Shown here: in pieces, positions 58,530 through 64,000 of the stretch
Layout: the number at the start of each line of letters is the position of its first letter
Position numbering within the stretch: the stretch's first letter is position 1
Source: an uncultured bacterium
Lineage (GTDB): Bacteria; Actinomycetota; Acidimicrobiia; Spongiisociales; UBA5794
Direction of reading: 5' to 3'
Length of the DNA stretch: 64,000 bases
Assembly (NCBI GenBank): GCA_963801165.1
Contig: CAWDDT010000006.1
Location: forward strand, 480,001 to 544,000
Position numbers and translations under genes: made by a program
The notes under the pieces: model-generated
The model's input: the letters and a program-made list of their open reading frames with translations, nothing else
What the model was told of the DNA's origin: nothing
The model's database searches: none

Positions 58530-59456
58530 TCATCCCGCGGTCAACTGCGCAACCGCCGCTTCGATGTGGTCGAGCGACGACACAGTAATGACAATCGCAT
58601 CTCTAATCGTGCGTTTCGCCAGGGCGGCCGTTACGTCGCCCGGGCCAATATGTACAAAAGCCTGCACCCCCGCCTGGGACATCGCTTCGAGCGACTCGGC
58701 GAACCTCACCGTGCCGGACAGTTGACCCGAGAGCGCGCGAGCCGGATCGGAGGTGGGCGCAGCCTTCAGATTCGACCATACCGGGAAATGGCCGGAGTAG
58801 AACGTGGTATCTGCGAGAGCGCGGTCTAGCTCGGCGCGTGCCGAAGCCATCAGTGGCGTATGGAATGCCCCCGATACGTTGATCGGAATCACCCGGCGCA
58901 GCCCGTATTCGCCTGCGTTCTCGCCGAGCCGTTCGACCGCTTCCGACGTGCCCCCGACGACCACCTGCCCCGGGGCGTTGACGTTGGCGACCCAGATAGC
59001 CTCACCCTGATTGCGCAGCCGGGCGACCACTTCCTCGATCGTGGCGATTTCGGCACCGATGACCGCAGCCATCGTTCCCGCCGTCTCCCCGGCGGCTTTT
59101 GCCATCGCTGCTCCTCTGGCGGCCACGAGCCGGAGTCCGGCAAGGTAGTCGAGCACCCCGGCGGCAGCGAGCGCGGCGTACTCACCCACCGAGTGACCGG
59201 CGGCTGCGATCGGCTGATGGCCCACCCGCACCGCAAAGGCCTCCCAAAGTGCGTAGGAGACACCGTAGAGTGCGGGCTGCGCCCGGTCGGTCCGCACCAA
59301 CTCCGCCTCGGGACCATCGCCGCATACGCCTGCGAGAGACCATCCGAGTATCTCGTCTGCCGCAGAACCGAGCAGGTCGGGGCGCGTGGCAAAGACGTCG
59401 GCGCCCATACCGACGTGCTGGCTGCCTTGTCCTGGGAAGAGAACTGCGTACCGCAT
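58530..59456 (-). CDS. fabD: Malonyl-CoA:ACP transacylase
   Basis: FPGQGSQ, GHSVGE, SGAFH. Confidence 0.95.
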   Translation of the reverse strand: MRYAVLFPGQGSQHVGMGADVFATRPDLLGSAADEILGWSLAGVCGDGPEAELVRTDRAQPALYGVSYALWEAFAVRVGHQPIAAAGHSVGEYAALAAAGVLDYLAGLRLVAARGAAMAKAAGETAGTMAAVIGAEIATIEEVVARLRNQGEAIWVANVNAPGQVVVGGTSEAVERLGENAGEYGLRRVIPINVSGAFHTPLMASARAELDRALADTTFYSGHFPVWSNLKAAPTSDPARALSGQLSGTVRFAESLEAMSQAGVQAFVHIGPGDVTAALAKRTIRDAIVITVSSLDHIEAAVAQLTAG

Positions 59457-59534
59457 TCGGGGTTCAGACTCGCACTGCCGTCAAACCGTTACCGCGACGT
59501 AAGGTTTCTCAGCGTCTCTGCCGATGCACCCAGC

Positions 59535-60221
59535 ATGCATCGCCTCATCCTCCTGATGATCGGATTCGGCGTCGGGCTGATCGCCTACATTCTCGTGGGC
59601 CCGCCGTCGCTGGGCGCCGATACGCCGGTGACCGTGCTCACCGCCGACCGGGTGGTGCTGCTGCTACCGGTGTCTCCCTCAGTTGATCGGATCATCCACG
59701 ATCTGCGTCTCGAGTTTCACAATGTCGCTGCGGCCGCTACCGACCCGAGAGTCGCCGCGGCTCTCGACCGGGTGGCACGCGACGACGATCTGCTCAGCAG
59801 CGTTGCCACGACTCCAGCCGACATGTTCAAGAGCGGGCAGGCCGCAGCATCTGCGACACCACTGTTTGAGGTCAGCCTGAGCAAAGAGCGGGTGGTTGTG
59901 ACCTCGATCACCGTTGAGCTCATTCCCGGGTACGGCAGCACCGCAGGTCTCAAGGATCACGAGGACGGTCATGCCCTGATCAACGAGCAAGTCGCCGGAC
60001 GGTGCGCTGGGGATGCCTTTCTGTACGGGATCGAGCACGGCGGCCGCGGGCAGGGGCTGGTCAACACCATGGTGTCGCTCCTCAACGCAGCATCGGCTCC
60101 CGTCCAGAACAGATACCACGGCTACGTGGGCAACGCCGCTTACGGGCAGCACATCGCGTACGCCGAGCAAGCGCTCGCCGAGGTTTCGGGATGCGCCTTC
60201 AGCCAGCCAGAGAGTCGATGA
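59535..60221 (+). CDS. Secreted or membrane-anchored hypothetical protein with HExxH
   Basis: N-terminal hydrophobic segment; LKDHEDGH. Confidence 0.6.
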   Translation: MHRLILLMIGFGVGLIAYILVGPPSLGADTPVTVLTADRVVLLLPVSPSVDRIIHDLRLEFHNVAAAATDPRVAAALDRVARDDDLLSSVATTPADMFKSGQAAASATPLFEVSLSKERVVVTSITVELIPGYGSTAGLKDHEDGHALINEQVAGRCAGDAFLYGIEHGGRGQGLVNTMVSLLNAASAPVQNRYHGYVGNAAYGQHIAYAEQALAEVSGCAFSQPESR

Positions 60222-61239
60222 CCGAGAGGACCCGGTCAACGTCGGCCGCATCGACGTTGTGATGGGTGCAGAACCTGATGACACCGGGGGTGATCAAACC
60301 GGTTCTCACGCCGGCCTTGTCGAGCTCATCGATGAGCACCCCGGCGCTCACCGGCAAACCTTCCTGGCGCACCACGACCATGTTGCTGGCCACAGCCGCT
60401 GCATCCGTGGCTTCCGGGTACCGCGCCGCGATTCCCTCGGCAAGACGGCGGGCGTTGGCGTGGTCTTCGGCGAGCCGGTCCCTGCTATCGAGAGCAACCT
60501 TGGCGGCAGCCGCCAGCACACCGGCTTGCCGCATCCCTCCCCCGAGCCGGGCCCGGATCCATCTCGCTTCGCCGATGAAGTCGGCTGCTCCGGCGAGGAT
60601 CGACCCGACCGGCGCACCAAGGCCCTTGGAGAAGCAGAACATGACGCTGTCGGCAGGCGCCGCGATTTCGGCGGCCGGTACCCCCGACGCGATCGAGGCG
60701 TTCCACAGACGGGCACCGTCGATGTGGACACGCAAACCGACGGAGTGGGCATAGTCGGACCCGGCCCGCAGCACGTCCTGGGGGATCACGGTGCCCCCGG
60801 AGACATTGTGGGTGTTCTCCCAGGCCAGAAGACCGACCCTGGGCAGGTGGTAGTCCGTGCCTGCTGCCGCCTGCCTGATCGCGTCGACAGACATCTCGCC
60901 GTTGCGGCTGGGTACCGTCCGGAATGAAACCCCAAAGTTGGCGGACGCTCCCCCATGCTCGTAGTTGCGCACGTGCGCCGTCTCCACACAGATGACCTCG
61001 TCACCGGGGTTCGTCTGGCTCCCGATGCCGAGCTGGTTGGCCATTGTCCCCGATGGAGTGAACAGGGCGGCTCTCTTGCCGAGGATGCCCGCCACCTCCT
61101 CCTCGAGAGCGTTGACCGTGGGATCCTCGCGGTAGACGTCGTCACCGACCGCGGCGTTCGCCATAGCGGTCCGCATCGCTGCGGTTGGGTGGGTGACCGT
61201 GTCGGAGCGGAAGTCGGCGATGCCGTTGGCAAACGGCAT
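60199..61239 (-). CDS. ltaE: Low-specificity L-threonine aldolase
   Basis: [39 protein letters not shown]. Confidence 0.93.
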   Translation of the reverse strand: MPFANGIADFRSDTVTHPTAAMRTAMANAAVGDDVYREDPTVNALEEEVAGILGKRAALFTPSGTMANQLGIGSQTNPGDEVICVETAHVRNYEHGGASANFGVSFRTVPSRNGEMSVDAIRQAAAGTDYHLPRVGLLAWENTHNVSGGTVIPQDVLRAGSDYAHSVGLRVHIDGARLWNASIASGVPAAEIAAPADSVMFCFSKGLGAPVGSILAGAADFIGEARWIRARLGGGMRQAGVLAAAAKVALDSRDRLAEDHANARRLAEGIAARYPEATDAAAVASNMVVVRQEGLPVSAGVLIDELDKAGVRTGLITPGVIRFCTHHNVDAADVDRVLSVIDSLAG

Positions 61240-62423
61240 CAGGCCACCGGGCTGAGACGATCGAGCGCCTTGCGGATCCCGCGCACAGCCTGGCTGGTCC
61301 TGTGCTCGTTCTCAACGAGGGCGAAGCGGACGTATCCCTCGCCGCTCGGTCCAAAGCCGATCCCCGGGCTGACCGCCACCTTGGCTTCGCGAAGCAGATG
61401 GAATGTGAAATCCAGCGAGCCCATCTCGGAGTACTCCTCGGGGATGGGAGCCCACACGAACATCGTGCCGAGCGGCTTCTCGATGCTCCAGCCCGCCCGA
61501 TTCAGCCCGTCGACGAGGATGTCGCGTCTCTTCTCGTAGATCGCTCGCACCGCAAGGACATGGTCGTCGCCGTCGTTGAGGGCGACGATCGAGGCGATCT
61601 GGATCGGCTGAAAAGTCCCGTAGTCGAGATACGACTTGAGCTTGGCGAGCGCCGCCACCATGTCGGCGTTGCCCACCACGAAGCCAACCCGCCATCCCGC
61701 CATCGAATGACCCTTGGTCAGCGTGTACAGCTCGACGCCAACCTCTTTCGCCCCCGGTACCTGGAGCATGCTCGGGGCCTCGTAGCCGTCGAATGTGATG
61801 TCGGCGTATGCGAAGTCGTGGACGAGCATCACGTCGTTGGCGCGGGCAAACGCCACCAGCCTCTCCCAGAACTCGAGTCCCACGGTCTTGGTGGTCGGGT
61901 TGTGCGGGAAGGAGGTCAGAATGACCCGGGGCCGTGGCCACGAGTCATGGAACGACTCGTGGAGATGCTCGAAGTAGTCGGTGCGGTGCAGCACCGGGAC
62001 CCTCCGCACCTCAGCCCCCGCCAGCACCGGGGCGTAGATGTGGATGGGGTACGACGGCTCGGGGACGAGCGCCACGTCGCCCGGCTGCACCAGCGTCCAC
62101 ATGAGGTGAGAGAGACCTTCCTTGGCGCCGATGGTGTTGATAGCCTCGGTCTCCGGATCGAGCTCGACACCGAACCGTCTGGCATACCGCTCGGTGATCG
62201 CCTTACGCAGATTCGGGATCCCGCGCGACGCCGAGTACCGGTGGTTGCGCTCGTTCCGGGCCGCCTCGGCGAGCTTTTCGACCACGAATCCCGGTGAAGG
62301 GATGTCCGGATTCCCGAAACCGAGATCCACGATGTCCTCACCGGCGCGCCTGGCCTCGAGCTTGAGCTGGTTGACCTGGGCAAAGACATACGGGGGGAGG
62401 TTGTTGATTCTGCGAAAGTCCAT
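61239..62423 (-). CDS. Class I/II PLP aminotransferase, AlaC-like
   Basis: [40 protein letters not shown]. Confidence 0.88.
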   Translation of the reverse strand: MDFRRINNLPPYVFAQVNQLKLEARRAGEDIVDLGFGNPDIPSPGFVVEKLAEAARNERNHRYSASRGIPNLRKAITERYARRFGVELDPETEAINTIGAKEGLSHLMWTLVQPGDVALVPEPSYPIHIYAPVLAGAEVRRVPVLHRTDYFEHLHESFHDSWPRPRVILTSFPHNPTTKTVGLEFWERLVAFARANDVMLVHDFAYADITFDGYEAPSMLQVPGAKEVGVELYTLTKGHSMAGWRVGFVVGNADMVAALAKLKSYLDYGTFQPIQIASIVALNDGDDHVLAVRAIYEKRRDILVDGLNRAGWSIEKPLGTMFVWAPIPEEYSEMGSLDFTFHLLREAKVAVSPGIGFGPSGEGYVRFALVENEHRTSQAVRGIRKALDRLSPVA

Positions 62424-62478
62424 GTTTGTGGAGAGTAGCGGCGGTATTCGGATTGTTGCTCAACAGAACCCGGCGGGC

Positions 62479-62937
62479 TCAGTCGGCGTGGTAGGCCACC
62501 AGACGGCGTAGCCGGTCCGGCAGCACCTCCACACCCCAGGCGGCGATCCCCCTGACCAGCTCCAAGCCGTCCTCCGAACCGTCCCAGTGCTCGGCGATGA
62601 CCTCCTGGGAACACGACTCGAGCAGATAGTCGATGGCGAATGCCAGCACGAGCAGGTCGTCGATGCCACCTACGACCGGCACAAAATCGGGGATGAGATC
62701 TATCGGTGAGGCGATGTACAGACCGACGGCGCCCATCGCCAACCGGCGCCGCAGCGGCACCCGACGGTCCCGGAGCAGCCGGAGCAGCAGCTTGACGAGG
62801 TTGGGAACGAGCAGCAAAGCCTCCTTGAGCAGCTCCTGGCGGGTGCGGGCGGGAATCGGCTCGGTGGTGTCCAGGGGATGCTCGACGACGGCAAGTGCGG
62901 TCTCAGACTCTCGATCCTTCTTGGGACGATCCGGCAT
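62479..62937 (-). CDS. DUF1232 (YkvA) protein
   Basis: YIASPIDLIPDFVPVVGGIDD. Confidence 0.92.
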   Translation of the reverse strand: MPDRPKKDRESETALAVVEHPLDTTEPIPARTRQELLKEALLLVPNLVKLLLRLLRDRRVPLRRRLAMGAVGLYIASPIDLIPDFVPVVGGIDDLLVLAFAIDYLLESCSQEVIAEHWDGSEDGLELVRGIAAWGVEVLPDRLRRLVAYHAD

Positions 62938-62961
62938 GAGGGCGTGCCTCCTTTACCTCGC

Positions 62962-63882
62962 TCAGTTGAGACTACGTGCAGCCAGCAGGGCGGCCCCGAT
63001 CGCATTGGCCTCGGGGCCGAGTTCGGCGACCACTATGGGGGGCACCGGACGGTACGCGCCGCCATGAAGCGCATCGGCGGCCACCCGTCGCGCCGGGCCG
63101 AGCAGCGACTCGCCCACAGAACCAAGACCGCCACCCACCACGATGAGCTCAGGGTCGAACACGGCGATGAGGCTGCACAGACCATGACCAAGCGCTGCTC
63201 CCACCTGGCTCACCAACCCGCGGGCGGTCTCGTCGCCGGCATCGGCGGCCGCCGTCAGCGTTTCGGCGCTGAAGTCTTCCTTCTCGAGAATCCTCGCCAG
63301 CTGTCCCCCGGGATTGAGAGCATGGAACTCGCGGCCCAGACGAGCCAGCGCGGGACCGGAAGCCACGGTCTCCCAGCACCCCCGCTTGCCGCAGTCGCAC
63401 TGCAACCCGTTTGCCTGGTAGATCATGTGACCCCACTCACCGGCAAACGACCAGCCGCGGTAGACCTCGCCGTTGGCAATGACCGCCCCACCGATACCGG
63501 TGCCGAGAGTCACGAGCAGGGCATGGCTGCGACCCACGGCCGCCCCCGAGTGCAGCTCCGCCAGCGCTGCGGTGTTGGCGTCGTTGTCGACGGCGGCGGG
63601 GACTCCGAATTCCTTCTCCAGCAGCTCCCGGACCGAGATGTTGGCGCCCGACACGTGCGGGCCCCACACAAACACGCCCTCCGGATACCGGACGAGACCG
63701 GCGATCCCCGCTCCGACGGCGGCAACATCGTCCGTCCACATCTCTCTGATAGCGGCTATGGCCGACGCCATGAAGTCCTCGTCGGGGGTAGCGAACAGCT
63801 CGCGGTCAACGACTTCACCATCCTCGACCCGGACGGCCTGCAGCTTGGTGCCACCGAGATCTATCCCAACAGTTGCGACCAC
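62962..63882 (-). CDS. ROK-family sugar kinase (glucokinase-like)
   Basis: GIDLGGTK, DNDAN, TLGTGIGG, GEWGH, CDCGKRGCWE. Confidence 0.92.
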   Translation of the reverse strand: MVATVGIDLGGTKLQAVRVEDGEVVDRELFATPDEDFMASAIAAIREMWTDDVAAVGAGIAGLVRYPEGVFVWGPHVSGANISVRELLEKEFGVPAAVDNDANTAALAELHSGAAVGRSHALLVTLGTGIGGAVIANGEVYRGWSFAGEWGHMIYQANGLQCDCGKRGCWETVASGPALARLGREFHALNPGGQLARILEKEDFSAETLTAAADAGDETARGLVSQVGAALGHGLCSLIAVFDPELIVVGGGLGSVGESLLGPARRVAADALHGGAYRPVPPIVVAELGPEANAIGAALLAARSLN

Positions 63883-63892
63883 GGTGCTCCTC

Positions 63893-64000
63893 TCAATCCA
63901 ACTCTATGCGGATGGGACGGTCGTCTTCGGAACCCGGGTCCTCCTCATCGGGTCTCTTGCGAGCCTCGACAACCTCGGTGAGCAGCGCGCCCACCCCGGC
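63893..64000 (-). CDS. 3' end of a hypothetical gene entering from beyond the window
   Basis: Minus frame ...EDDRPIRIELD* ends just before the ROK gene RBS. Confidence 0.5.
   Translation of the reverse strand, partial: AGVGALLTEVVEARKRPDEEDPGSEDDRPIRIELD

Overview
High-GC Actinomycetota chromosome segment, most likely Acidimicrobiia (judged from gene order and content). It is mostly core genes: dnaE (partial), two pfkA paralogues, WS/DGAT, rluD-lspA-TraR/DksA, a T-box-controlled type-2 ileS, an actinobacterial dcw cluster (mraZ to divIVA), a MoxR-DUF58-transglutaminase operon, MerR/DUF3040/dinB, a FAS-II fab operon, ltaE, an alaC-like aminotransferase and a ROK kinase. Two accessory blocks interrupt this. 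The first (8.1-13.9 kb) is a signalling island (REC-HDOD, REC-HD-like, GAF histidine kinase, small protein, DUF6976/FIST-like protein) whose three promoter regions share a sigma28-like motif. The second (39.7-43.0 kb) is a nested mobile-element stack: an IS110 element inserted at a CT core inside an IS3 element, which itself truncates a DUF222-like gene carrying SOS and PafBC-type promoter motifs. The best finding is that the IS110 left end encodes a readable bridge RNA. Its four guide segments match the element's own circle junction and a 14-bp target in the orfA/orfB junction of the IS3, so this looks like an RNA-guided recombinase programmed against another insertion sequence. Short tandem repeats also recur at gene ends and leader starts. 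Product calls come from motif recognition and gene context, not database searches.
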